From NCBI GenBank assembly GCA_010909165.1, contig VJWM01000328.1:2466-66465 (forward strand): DNA of 64,000 nucleotides. The letters are read 5' to 3'. How positions within the stretch are numbered: position 1 is the first letter of the stretch; the number at the start of each line of letters is the position of its first letter. Position numbers and translations under genes: made by a program. The DNA is from Anthoceros angustus. Lineage: Eukaryota > Plantae > Anthocerotophyta. Positions 13,472-25,849 of this stretch are shown piece by piece. The notes beneath the pieces were generated by a model. It made no database searches. It was not told the origin of the DNA and saw nothing but the letters and a program-made list of their open reading frames with translations.

Positions 13472-13966
13472 CTCGGGTTTGTCCGGTGGGATATAAGGAA
13501 GGGTAGTAGAGTGAAGGCGGCGACCGAGATGCCGCGAATCTGAGAGCAGCGTTAACGTAACCTTGATGGCGGGCGACCGGTGACACAACAGGGTGTCCGG
13601 GTTGGGGTCCGGTCTCCGGGAGTTGCGGACCGCGGCCTCACGTCCGGGCATGTGCCTGCCTTGGCCGCCTGGCTGCGCGCTCGGGCTCGGGCTCGGGCTG
13701 GCTGCCTGGTCCTGGTCCTGTGCCTGCGAGCCTGCAGCCTGGGCCTGGCTTTGCCTCCTTCCCGCTGATGTCTCCCTTGCGCCTGGGCCTGCGCGATTGT
13801 CCCATGCACGCATCGCCATCGCACTGTCCCTGCCTGTGCATGGGGATCGTCCTCGCCCGAGTGCCGCTCACTCTGCGCCTCAGCCTCGGCCTCCTGCTCG
13901 CGCCCGCTCCAGCTCCAGCTCCCGCGCCCTCAGCGCCTCCACGCCTCTGCGCCCGCGGCGGCTGCC

Positions 13967-16220
13967 ATGCCATACCACTCCGTGGTGCTGGCCACGGCGG
14001 GCTATGACCACACCATCCGCTTCTGGGAGGCCAACAGCGGCACCTGCTACCGCACTCTCAACTACTCCGACTCGGTCAGTAGCACCAGCCCCTGCCCGCC
14101 CACTGCTCCCTGCGCGGGATCGGGCCAATTGTGCGCCAATTCTGCCTGCTTGTGCTTCGTTGCGGCGGGAATTTGGCCAATTGCGTGGCCGCTGTGGAGG
14201 CGGCATGCTAATTGTTGCAGGAATGGCTTTCTTGGACTGTGAATGTGAAATTAAGTGCTGCGGGATGTCCCGCCGCCGGGAGGGAGATCAGATCTGGCAA
14301 TGCCGTACTGTGAGGGACGGGAATTGGCCTTGCTGTCTCTTTGGCGTGCTGCGGCTTGCACCACGCTCTCAATTTGCAGTTTCGTAGCTCTGGCTTGTTT
14401 CGGCCGTGAGCATTGGAAGCTGGTCGCTATTGCAAGAGGGACGGGCCCGGGACAGCTCGCCCCTTGCCGCGGCTCATGAGGCTCAATTGTGACGGCGCTG
14501 CGGGGGTAGTGAAATGCCTCGTTGACGGTTTCTTGCTGCTCTTGTCTGTCGCTGCAGCAAGTGAACAAGCTCGAGATCACGCCGGACAAGCAGCTGCTGG
14601 CCGCAGCGGGTAACCCGCACATTCGTCTCTATGAAGTGGACTCCAGTAACAGCCTGCCTGTATGTGCTGCTTTCTGGCAGTTGTAGAAACATGACACCTA
14701 TTGCGACTCGCGACTCTTCTTGTGTCGGCCACTTGTGTAGCTAACTGGACGCGCTATCAGGTCAAGAGCTTCAATGGACACACCAACAATGTGACTGCGC
14801 TTGGATTCCAGTGCGATGGAAAATGGATGTACTCAGGCTCAGAGGACGGCAGTGTGAAAATTTGGGACTTGAGGTATTCGCTTGTCATCCCCTTCTGTGA
14901 TTACGTACTCTGTTGACCATCGCTTGCAATTGTGCATTAGTGTGAGAAATAGTCACCTGAGGAAGGCTATTCGTGGTTGTATTCAGGGCAGGAACCTGCC
15001 AGCGAGAGTATGAAAGTAGTGCACCGGTGAACACTGTTGTTCTCCATCCCAACCAGGTGCTCTGCATGTGCCCAAGCCTGTCTTGCTTTCATGTCTCTCC
15101 GCGGTGCATTGTTTCCATTTGCTTATGGGACGTTACTGCAGAGAGAGTTGATCTCAGGGGATCAGCATGGAAATATTAGGGTTTGGGATCTCAAGAGCAA
15201 TATCTGCAGCTGTGAGCTGGTTGGTATACCTCAAAGAATTTGTCAATGTTGAGTTTCCTTCTGTGCTTCTTTGTATCTCAGATGATGGTTTTCCCATCCC
15301 TGATATGGCTTTGGTGTGATTTTGTCCGTTTATATGTTCACCTGATTTGTATATGACATTATTTTGTGACTAATGCTCCAGGTTCCTGAGGTGGACACAG
15401 CTATCAGGTCCTTAACTGTCATGTGGGATGGTAGTCTTGTTGTTGCAGCAAACAACAACGGGACATGTTTCATCTGGCGGTTACCAAACAACCAGGTTGG
15501 TGGGGCTCAGTGTCGTCTGATCAGAATCTGCATGAATTATTTGTCATGAGCTAATCAGACCCTATGATTCTTGTGCAGTCAACTACTAACTTCGAGCCTC
15601 TGCACAAGCTTGACGCTCATAAAGCCTACATCCTCAAGTGTCTACTGTCTCCTGAGTACTGTGAACCGTATCGGTGTTTGTCTTTGGCCCTGAAACCAGT
15701 CCGTTACTTCAGAGGGACATGGATATAGAAGCTCTTCCGCTTTGAACATCAATCGTGTCTATTTTGCAGCTATCTTGCTACCACTTCATCTGACAAGACT
15801 GTGAAGATCTGGAATGCCAGCAACTTCACGCTCGAACGTACACTAACAGGTGCCCAACCGAAAGCCAATCTGAAAAGTTGTGTCTAGTGGTGAAGACCAT
15901 CCTTCTTAACTCTCTCTGTGATGCCGACCTCTCTCAGGGCACGATCGTTGGGTCTGGGACTGCGTGTTCTCTGTGGATGGTGCCTACCTTGTTTCTGGTA
16001 CGGCATACACCTCTCGTGACTTCTGCAGATTGGCGTGTGACTTACGTTCGGGCATGGCGACAAGTTTGCTCACCTTACTTTGGGTTCTGCAGCTTCTTCA
16101 GATGAGACCGCTCGGCTCTGGGACATAGCCTCTGGGGAAACTATACAAGTCTATAAGGGGCATCAGAAGGCCGCTGTATGCTGTGCCCTTCATGACGGGA
16201 CTGAACCCCCGTCTGATTGA
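13967..16220 (+). CDS. LST8: TOR complex subunit LST8 (WD40), multi-exon
   Basis: [83 protein letters not shown]; the introns I traced have GT-AG ends. Confidence 0.96.
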
Positions 16221-16872
16221 CCTCAAGTGCATCATGCATGTCATAACGTGGCAGCTTACTCCCAGAACAGAGGCAAGCTGGGACTGAGCACTGTATGGTA
16301 GCAACAATACCATCTTGCAAATTTTGAGCTTAGACGCGCGAATAAACAGTTGCATTGTTTTGTAATAGTTATCTTTTATACAAGCGATGCGGGCCGTCCT
16401 CCCGTTATGAGAGACAATATGCTAAAAATAGTATCCGAATTGCATGCTTTGGTTGTTCAGTTTCAAATGTCGTGTGTAAATTCTCCAGGTGACCCGCTAA
16501 GAACCTGCCAGGAGGTGGCATTAGCATTGTGTCCGTAAAATATGTTGTTGTTCTCCATATCTGTTTTCAACGCAAGAGTGCACACGTTCCAGAACGCAGC
16601 AGAAGTTTTCAGAATGCCAGATAGGGTCAGCAGTGAATGCACTCAGCAAAAGGGTGCTTTTCAGAAATCTCACCCACAAGACGATACTGGCAGCAGACTT
16701 TAACAGATTGACGAGGGCCCGTCCTCGTAGTTTATCTCTGTCCCATCCCTCCATGACATGTACCCTGTTAAGAACGCAGTATTCAAGGGGTTAAGTTTCT
16801 CAGAGGCTACGTACGGCACCCACTAGCACATTGAAACAACCGGGTGCTTCTATCGAATATGTCTGGACTTAC

Positions 16873-18281
16873 TCAGCTAGGAAGTTTTTGTATCGTTTGT
16901 GTCTTGACAGCCATCTTCGGAAGCTTTTGTATCCTTTCTGTCTTGACTGCCATCTCCGGAAGTTTTTGTATCCTGTGTGTATTGACTGCCATCCCCTTTG
17001 TCTGTGTAACCATCCTCGTCCTTATCCGACTCATCAGCATGCTGGGAGTCTGAGTCATAAGGGACATCTGAAATTTTTCACAAATAGGCGACATGGTCAA
17101 TTTTCCACTGCTGATAGAGAGCGAGAATGGCGAAGACAACCAATCCACACCACATTCACGAAAGGTTGGACTGGCCACACCTTCAGGGGACTCTTGAATA
17201 CGAGCTCTGATCCATTTGCCTTTGTAACGACGCCATTCAAACATAGGGCGAGGGTATTTAGCCAATATCTCTTCTTGTCTCTCAATCTTCCCCATCTTGG
17301 CATAGATGCCAGCGACTAGCTCAGCTGTACGCCTATCTGGTTTCACCCCTAGCTCCTCCATGTCTAAGAACAGCTGCAGTTACGAGTTCAAATAGGAGTT
17401 AGAAACAATTTTAGCAGCAGAGCAGGAAGGAATATCGACTAGCTCATTAGCAAGCCAGTAGGAGTGAGCCCACCTCAATAGCCTTCTCCGACATCCCGTG
17501 CGACTCATACATGTACACAACCCGACCAAACATTACTCTAGGTACACACTCCATATACTGTGCAAATACTTTCTCCCAGAGAGCCTCTGCTTCTTCTATC
17601 CTGCCTTCCGCATTATAAGCCTGTATCAAGGTGTCATATGTGCCCAATGTCCTACCTTGGCCCTTGCTGAGCATCCATTTAGTCAGCTGCCAGACAAGCA
17701 AATGTTCAGCTTCCATTCCACGGCACAACACCTTAAAGAATAATAGAACAAGAGTGCCTGCGCCTGCAATACCTGAATCACTCTCTTGTACTCCTTCATT
17801 TGCTGAAGGACTTTAAGAGCCTTCTTCACAGCAACCAAAGGAAATTCCAGCTCCCAAGCTGTCCACGCATCCAGTGCACCATACACTTCTTCTTTGACAT
17901 TGGAAAGTGACAAAACCTGCAGGGCCACTCACAACCAACTCAATACAAACTGAGACCCCCGGCGACCGACAGCTGCGCATATACCACCAGGCTTACCATC
18001 TCTACCAATTTGTTACCCTTGCTTACGGTTCCCCGCCGAGTTTTGGTCTTCCACAACTGAGGCTTCCTCTGCCGAGCCCCACCGGCCAGGCAGACATGCC
18101 TGGGGTGACTCCGGTGGTCAGAGAATGGGGCATACACGATCTCAGACCTTGCAAATGAAATGCTGGTGACTTCGGCAGGCATCATCCTAACGGTTCCCCC
18201 GCCCTTCCCCCTGTCATATCTAATCCCGGGAATCGCCTGTCTCGGCAGCAGCTGGAGGCTGCATTCGCACCTCAAGCTCAT
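16873..18281 (-). CDS. EMB1417: Small pentatricopeptide-repeat protein, At4g21190/EMB1417-like, 5 exons
   Basis: [45 protein letters not shown] and [13 protein letters not shown] match this conserved small PPR family. Confidence 0.85.
16878..16994 (-). repeat. 39-bp coding repeat x3 in the PPR C-terminal tail ([13 protein letters not shown]-like)
   Basis: GGAAG(T/C)TTTTGTATC...GAC(A/T)GCCATC recurs with a 39-bp period. Confidence 0.85.
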
Positions 18282-18459
18282 CCTTCTTCCAATTCTACCA
18301 GCCTCGAATGCCCGTCTGCTTTCACCGGCTTAAATACCCGGTGTCATGTGACGCCGTATTAATAAATAAATAAACTTCGGAAACTCAAATACGTCCGTAA
18401 CCCGCCTTACGTCTTTTGTTTCAATCGCGACGCCGAGAAGCAGCTCAAGAGGAAGAAAG

Positions 18460-18738
18460 ATGATCACGATGCTCAAAGGGCTGGCCGACTTGAAGGTGAA
18501 AGACGTGCCAGAGCACCTCAAGAAGGTCGTGACCAGCGAGAATGTGAAGCGCAGCACCTGGTCGTTCGTGCAGAACTACAATCGGCAGTACATCAAGACT
18601 AGCAGCATCCGCCCGCTCCACGACGTCTTCATCGTCATCGGCCTCTTTGCTTATGCCGTCAATTGGCCAAATGAAGTTCGGCATCTGCGGGCGCGGGAGG
18701 AGCATGAGCGTTCCAAGAGACAAGGTCAAGATTCTTGA
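18460..18738 (+). CDS. ATP17: Mitochondrial ATP synthase subunit f (At4g30010-like), single exon
   Basis: LKVKDVPEHLK...YIKTSSIRPLHDV...AYAVNWPNEVRHL matches the plant subunit f pattern. Confidence 0.85.
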   Translation: MITMLKGLADLKVKDVPEHLKKVVTSENVKRSTWSFVQNYNRQYIKTSSIRPLHDVFIVIGLFAYAVNWPNEVRHLRAREEHERSKRQGQDS

Positions 18739-20100
18739 ACGCCGGAGCAACGGAGCAACAAGCATTTCGTCCATCCTTATTGCTCGGGGACAGGGCAAGG
18801 TGATTAATGTCCATTCTACAATTTACAGAGAAGCGGGAGACTGTTTGCTAGCTAAGAGGCTGTAGGACCTTGCGCTCTGCTTCAGACGTGGAAAAAGGTG
18901 TTTTCATTGTTTCGCGTACACCTAATCGAATTGTTGACTTCTTGATATTCCCGGAGCAAGCGTATGCGCTTGCTTCCAATGCTCCTAAATCAGTGTTATC
19001 GGGGTGCTGATTATCAGTTCTCGGCATTGCCGCGTTTGACAGCCCTTTCCTATGGTGCAGAGGGTCTGCAATGCTGCATGCTTTGCTGCATTACGAATTT
19101 CCACGTCTCTAAGAATTGTGCCATCTTTTGCGTCTTTTGTAATTTATCATTTATGAGATTGTATGTCTTCGTGAATGCATAGGGTTTGGTGTGGTAGATG
19201 ATGAGCCACTTTGAGAAGTGGCTCATCACCCTCCATCATTTGATGAAAAATTATAATGCTTCATTAGATCTAAGAGATTGGACAGCCCAACTATCATAGT
19301 GCAGCTCGAGGGAAGGGAAGATTAGGGCAGCTCATGTGATTCTTTATCATAGGATATATAGTATTGAGAAAGATCATTGGGATAAACTTCTCTGACATAG
19401 AATTATAGCTAGAGCAAGGCCATTCAAAATCAGAATGGACCTAATAGTTTTGGCACAAGATCATTGGGATAAACCTCTAGTAAAAGACACTAAGGAAAAA
19501 CCATTAAAGATCGAGAAAAACCCATGTATCATAGGATAGCTTGAGCTAAGGGAGACCATTGAAGATTGGGATAAACTCATGTATCATATGATAGCTTGAG
19601 CAATGACCATTGCAATAAACCCCTCTAACGAGCAAGATCATAGAACAACTTGGGGAAAGACAATTCAAGCTCACATGAATCAATCTGATGGTGTTTCCAC
19701 CAAAAATTCAAGCTCATTATGGACAGGGGAAGGCTATGTTCAAGAGATAGTAGAGTCGTTTCACAAGTGGAGGCTATTTTGGAGAGATAGTATATCTCTT
19801 TGGAATAAACCCATCCTCTAGGCTATTTTCGAGAGATAGTAGGCCTCTTGGGATAAACCCATCCTCCAATGGAAGGCTATGTTTGAGAGATTGTAGACCC
19901 TTTGAGATAAACCCATTCAGCAAAGGAGAGTATAGGGGACAACTTAGGGGATGATCATTCATGATCACATGTTTGAGGAAGATCATCCAAGGTCCGTGAC
20001 AACGAAATGGAGGATATATTCCGCATATAATAAATCTAACTATCATATAAATAGATATTATGAGCCATTATTATAGCTAAATCTTTACAAAACAAACATA

Positions 20101-21083
20101 TCATATAGGTGGAGCGGATTTCTTCTTTTTCTTTTTTTTGCCTTGAGCCTTAGCCTCTAATTCAGCCCGGTATATACCATTCAACAATTTTACCAAGGCA
20201 AATTCTTCATCTACTACATCAGCTTTCTGTACAAACCAACTTTTTATTAATAAACCATAAAATAATATTATTTAAGTACAATAAAATAACTTTAGATATT
20301 TTATTAAAATATATTCTAAGATAAATCTGATATATGCACTTACCTCATGTATGAAAAATATCTTTTACCGTATGGATAGAAACATTCACTTTGATAAAAC
20401 AATATGTTGTTCTCCATGTAGTACAGTTGATTCTAAGTATGTTGTCAACCTTGCTTGGACATGGAACCCGGATGAACATGATGTTAGGAACAATTTCATT
20501 AGGCTTACTTACCGCTCGGAATTCGTGCACCAATCTCCATATGTGATTAGCTTCGTGACAACGTTTATAACTGTTTCATGTTCAAAGGTAATTACCTCAC
20601 ATAATAATAATAATCAATGTACAACAAGACAATTGTAAGTTTGCACAGATGTTTACCCTTCTATATCCTTTTCAATTGTGGATTTCACACCAGCTCCATA
20701 TGCTGGATATTCTACCCAAAGCTTACCTCCTGCTTCTATATCCCTTTGTTTTGTAGGATATCTGGATTGAAAGACAAGATCATTTTTATAATCTTATATC
20801 GGATTTTCGTGCAAGTATGTAATCAAATAATGAAAATTTTTAGTTCTTACTTCACTCCAAGTATGGTTGCAGTCAACCCTACAGGTGTTTCAATAAGATC
20901 CTTGCCCTGATTGAGTCAAAATATTAAAAATAATATTAATTTTAAGCAACTAAATTAAATCATGTCTTTTCAACATACGCTTAAGTTCCAAAATGGTTCC
21001 ATATCCACGGGTTCAGTCCAATATGCAGGTAGTTTCACTTTCTTCTCCTTCTTTGCCTTTTTTTTGGGGTCAGCAAGCGGCAT
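20101..21083 (-). CDS. Unannotated 149-aa protein, 5 exons, Lys-rich at both ends (missed by the ORF track)
   Basis: Exons 21083-20979, 20906-20851, 20761-20657, 20570-20513 and 20226-20101, all GT-AG with consistent phases. Product MPLADPKKKAKKEKKVKLPAYW...IETPVGLTATILGVKYP...GKLWVEYP...GYKRCHEANHIWRLV...KKKKKKKSAPPI*. Confidence 0.8.
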
Positions 21084-21789
21084 TTTGCAGGATTGTTTAC
21101 TCCTAAAATTAGAATATGTTTTGAAGGATGTTTTAATTTTAAATTTGGATTATTTTCTTGAAGGATCTCTAAATTCTCAAATTAAATCATTCTCAAACTA
21201 AATGTGTATGACTACAGAATCACCTATCATATTTTGCTTACACATTGAAAATAAAGAAATAGGTTTTCTATTTTTTGAAGGAGAAATATTAGTAATATAT
21301 GCTACAATACTTTCCTTGTCCAATTTATGTGCTATGCCTGAAGTTCCTAAAATTTTCTTAATCTTTGTATCAATCATGTTGTCTTACTAGGAAGAACAAG
21401 TTTACTTGAAAATTTTAATGGAATTAAATAAATAAACAAGTTAAGAGGTGGGTACCTAGTATCATTTGGATATGCTCAACTTTAAATTTCAAATACCTAC
21501 TCACTGTAAAAACTTTTATTTTATATTTTTTTGATATTTACACTTTTTAATAGGTTTAACTTTATATATACATGGAGACTTTATAAATATGCACCCTTGT
21601 CCCATCTACACCGGGGTGGTAGGGAACAACCCCCTAGAGGGCCCTAGACCAAGGGGGGACTAGGCCACCCGGATGTCTTCGCTGAAGCTACCTACCGCTC
21701 CCAAGATGTCATAATCTGGAATAAGGAGGAGCTTACTTACCACTCTAGAATTGAAGAACCTACGTTCCCCGCGTTCGAAGTTGTCCTGA

Positions 21790-22110
21790 AAATTGCGTTT
21801 GCCCTTTGTAGAGCAATGGATAATCGTTGCCGGAAGAATGCCACCACACATGAAAAAGGGAGACCTGCCTCGTTCTTGCGGATGCGATATGCTTTAGCAC
21901 AACCCTTGATAAACCTCGAGAAGTCCTTGCCCATGGCCCCATGAGTCTCAATAGCAAAAGGAATGAAAGTATGACCTTCCTACATATGGGTGTACTTGTG
22001 AACCTTGGTTGTAGCGCATCCCTCTACCGCCCAACCCGGAGAGTTGATGACATGCTCGTAGACAGCATCCCGAGTAGAGTCAATTACAACCACATATGCA
22101 ACTCTACCTA
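21790..22110 (-). mobile_element. CRE-like non-LTR retrotransposon 3' fragment (restriction-like endonuclease)
   Basis: TFIPFAIETHGAMGKDF...FFRQRLSIALQRANA. Confidence 0.75.
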
Positions 22111-22200
22111 GTCCCCTTAGATCAGAAACAGGTCAGCCTTGAGAGCAAGCAAAGTATATGGGCGCTCCCTGAAAGGAAAGAATCCACTCCCCCTCTGTAA

Positions 22201-23721
22201 ATAAATATAGCGGAAGTGCTCTTACACAAAAGACACACACAATGCACAAGAGCGAATGAATTAATAAAGCACAAAGGTCTTTAAATACAAAACTGTGTGT
22301 GTAACCCTAAGTTACATAAATAACCCTAATTAACATAACCCAAGGGCAAGATTAAAACCTATTTACTAACACTCCCTCTTAACCCAAGCGCGGGTTACAG
22401 CAGCAGAGCATAGCTTGAGCGTGCACATCATTAAGTGTAAGCGAGGCCAGTTACTCGCGGTAATCCCTTCGAATTCCTCTGTACAGACATGGAGACCACG
22501 CCTGCTGAGCCATGGAGCCTCCTACTTATAGCCCTCATCGCCACGATCCTTCTGGCAACAATTGTGGTGGGCGCCGCGATGGCGAGCATCATGGGCTCTC
22601 CGGCCCAGCAGCCTCGATCACCAAAGGAGTAGGAGATGATCACACTGACGCAGGGAGGATGACCAGCTCGCAAGTAAGAATCCAAGCGGGAACATGGTGA
22701 CAGTGAGAAAGCGCGAGCTTTCCCTCAGAATAAATATAGCGGAGTGCTCTTACACAAAGACACACACAATGCACGAATGAATTAATAAAGCACAAAGGTC
22801 TTTAAATACAAAGCGTGTGTAACCCTAAGTTACATAAATAACCTAATTAACATAACCCAAGGCAAGATTAAAACCTATTTACTAACACTCCTCTTAACCC
22901 AAGCGCGGTTACGGCAGCGAGCATAGCAGCGTGCATCATTAAGTGTAAGCGAGCCATCGCGGTAATCCCTTCAATTCCTCGCAGACATGGAGACCACGCT
23001 GCTGAGCCATGGAGCCTCCTACTTATAGCCCTCATCGCCACGATCCTTCCGGCAACAATTGTGGTGGGCGCCGCGATGGCGAGCATCATGGGCTCTCCGG
23101 CCCAGCAGCCTCGATCACCAAAGGGTAGGAGATGATCACACTGACGCAGGGAGGATGACCAGCTCGCAAGTAAGAATCAAGCGGGAACATGGTGACAGTG
23201 AGAAAGCGCGAGCTTTCCCTCAGAATAAATATAGCGGAGTGCTCTTACACAAAGACACACACAATGCACGAATGAATTAATAAAGCACAAAGGTCTTTAA
23301 ATACAAAGCGTGTGTAACCCTAAGTTACATAAATAACCTAATTAACATAACAAGGATTAAAACCTATTTACTAACACTCCTCTTAACCCAAGCGCGGTTA
23401 CGGCGTGAGCATAGCAGCGTGCATCATTAAGTGTAAGCGAGGCGGTTACTCGCGGTAATCCCTTCAATTCCTCCATGCGGAGCATGGACCACGCTGCTTG
23501 AGCCATGGAGCCTCCTACTTATAGCCCTCATCGCCGCGATCCTTCCGGCAACAATTGTGGTGGGCCGCGATGGCGAGCTCTTCTGGGCTCTCCGGCCCAG
23601 CAGCCTCGATCCAGGTAGGAGATGATCACTTCTGTTGAGAGACGGGAGGGCCGGTGACCACCCGGCCATAGTAAGAATCAAGCGAGACATGGTGACAGTG
23701 AGAAAGCGCGAGCTTTCCCTC
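22201..23721. repeat. Head-to-tail triplication of a ~500-bp unit
   Basis: Units start at ATAAATATAGCGG (22201, 22730, 23225); copies differ by scattered 1-6 bp indels. Confidence 0.95.
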
Positions 23722-23857
23722 GACAGAGAGCATCAGCAACCGGCTACGTCAGCAGGAGTAAGCACTTGAATTCATATAAGCACTTCCTCGACCAACAACC
23801 AAACAAATCTAATCGCGAGATATAGGTGCAAATCAATAACGGAGGGAGTAGCTCGCA

Positions 23858-24409
23858 CATCGTGGCACAAACACACTCTCCCCACGAGAACAACACGCAA
23901 ATTCCTCACATCGCTCCTGAGTCATAGCTTTGGCCTCCTCACAACACCCTTGCATTAGATATCTAGAGGACAAGCTATGATCCGAGCTTGTCCTCAATGG
24001 AAGGGTCTATATATACTAGACCTGGCATCGCATATTCCTAAGATATCCTATTGGCATCAAGATACGAAATATCCTAAGAATACACTATAATATGCAAGGA
24101 ATATGCCAAAGCATATTACTTGAGCTTATCCACTTAGCTATTGTATCCTAAGAATACACTATAATATGCAAGGAATATGCCAAAGCATATTACTTGAGCT
24201 TATCCACTTAGCTATTGCTAACCATGTTTAATTAACACTAATCAATGCTTAATTAACATAAGCACTTTAGATTAATTAACACTAATCAATGCTTAATTAA
24301 GCACTTTAGATTAATTAACACTAATTACTTACTTAAAGATAAGTAATTAGATTAATTAATGCTAATCAAACACTAAACCCAAGTGCATAGATTAGTATCA
24401 CACGGCATG
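23858..24409. repeat. LTR-like direct repeat, copy 1
   Basis: Near-identical to 28914-29468, including the internal ~70-bp duplication CCTAAGAATACACTATAATATGCAAGG. Confidence 0.9.
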
Positions 24410-24939
24410 GCGGTCATCGCACGAGGTAAGCACTTGAATTCATATAAGCACTTCCTCAACAAACAACCAAGCAAACAAATCTAATACGCAGATATAGGTG
24501 CAACCAATCCCCGATAATGTGAGACTCTAAGTCAAAACATTATCATTAGTAGACTACACGTCGCACCTCATGTAGCGCATTGTGCACAAAACCAATCTCC
24601 TTGAATGTCGTCCAGGTTATGAACCTTGTCCATGAGTGGAGGTTGTCTTGACATCCTCATGCTCATGTGGACTACTCTCCCCCGGTTGCTCGCCATTTTC
24701 TTCTTGCCTTCGAGCTGCCTCTGCGAACACTTGTTCATCCTTGATTAGTTCTATGTGGAACTTCCCTTTGGTGTACTTCCCCATCTCCATAGCGTGAAAG
24801 CAAACACATGTCGCGATGCCTCCAACAACTCCTTTAGGGCCCTGATTGCTCTTCAACTCGATGCTGTTAACCACTCATGTGTTGTGGCTCGGATGGCTTG
24901 CACGCTTCCTCTACGCTTACTCTCCTTGCCTCCAAACTC

Positions 24940-25565
24940 GCCTTCTCTTGTTGAGATGCGAGTCGAATCCTTCACCCGAACCGCCTTCAACCCCGCCTTC
25001 TTGGTTTGAAGTTGGTAGCGACTCAGCTAAACAACGGTCATCATGTTCCATGTCAAATGCTTGCCCAAGCAATCGACACCGTTCCTTCTCGGTCACTCCT
25101 CGGATCATGCCAAAATCCTCCGGACTTGCTTCTTCATGCTCATGCATCTTGGCACATTCTCCAACATGTATCCACAAGGCCTTTCTTGCCCTTTACGGAT
25201 CAAGCGCAAGATCCTCATCGTCATAGAACAATGTTGTTCGTGGATCCTTGAGACCTTGACCCTTTTCTGCGGAGGATAGTCCTTGACACTCCCAACTGCG
25301 ATGACAAGGTCCACGGTTGCCCAAGACAACTCAAATGGGACAACCCTATCATGCGAACATCCATCGGCGCCTCACGGTAACCCTTCACTACTCCCGTCGG
25401 AGGTTGGGTACTCCCCATCAAGTCTCTTACGCGCACAATCCTTGCTTTTGGATCCGGGTCACAATGCACGTATCTTCGCACTTTGATGCCACACTTGCTT
25501 GCGCTGGCCGGTGCGATGCCTCCAAAGAGTTCCACGAGCACTATGCCACCTTCCGAGGTCGCCAT
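24940..25565 (-). pseudogene. C5 cytosine DNA methyltransferase domain, frameshifted and internally deleted
   Basis: Motif I VLVELFGGIA (~25541); motif IV VDLVIA(G)WECQGLS (25280-25294) with GLKDPR; motif VI GYMLENVP (25153-25161); motif X-like RCRLLGQAFD. Motif VIII and the TRD are missing. Confidence 0.8.
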
Positions 25566-25849
25566 GTGATGACACAGGTGTTTAGGTCAGCAGGCTCAAC
25601 CCTAGGCAAGAACTTACAGCAGTTCTCCGGCTCATAGGACACTGGTCCTCTTGCACCATCCTCCACAGCTTTTGCACGGCTCATTGCTGCAGTCACCAGC
25701 TCCGTCCGGCTGACTTGAAGAACCTCCTCTGAGGGTGGTTGCAACCCTAGCTTGTCTTCCTCCTCCTCGTCGAAATCCTCCATCAGGTCAGTTGCGGTTG
25801 TTAGACACACGCCAAGAGGTTCAAGCACGTATGGCGTGTCCTTCACTCT

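Noticed and set aside
13355-14622. Numerous overlapping ORFs around the LST8 5' end
   Set aside because: GC-rich low-complexity promoter and intron sequence with few stops.
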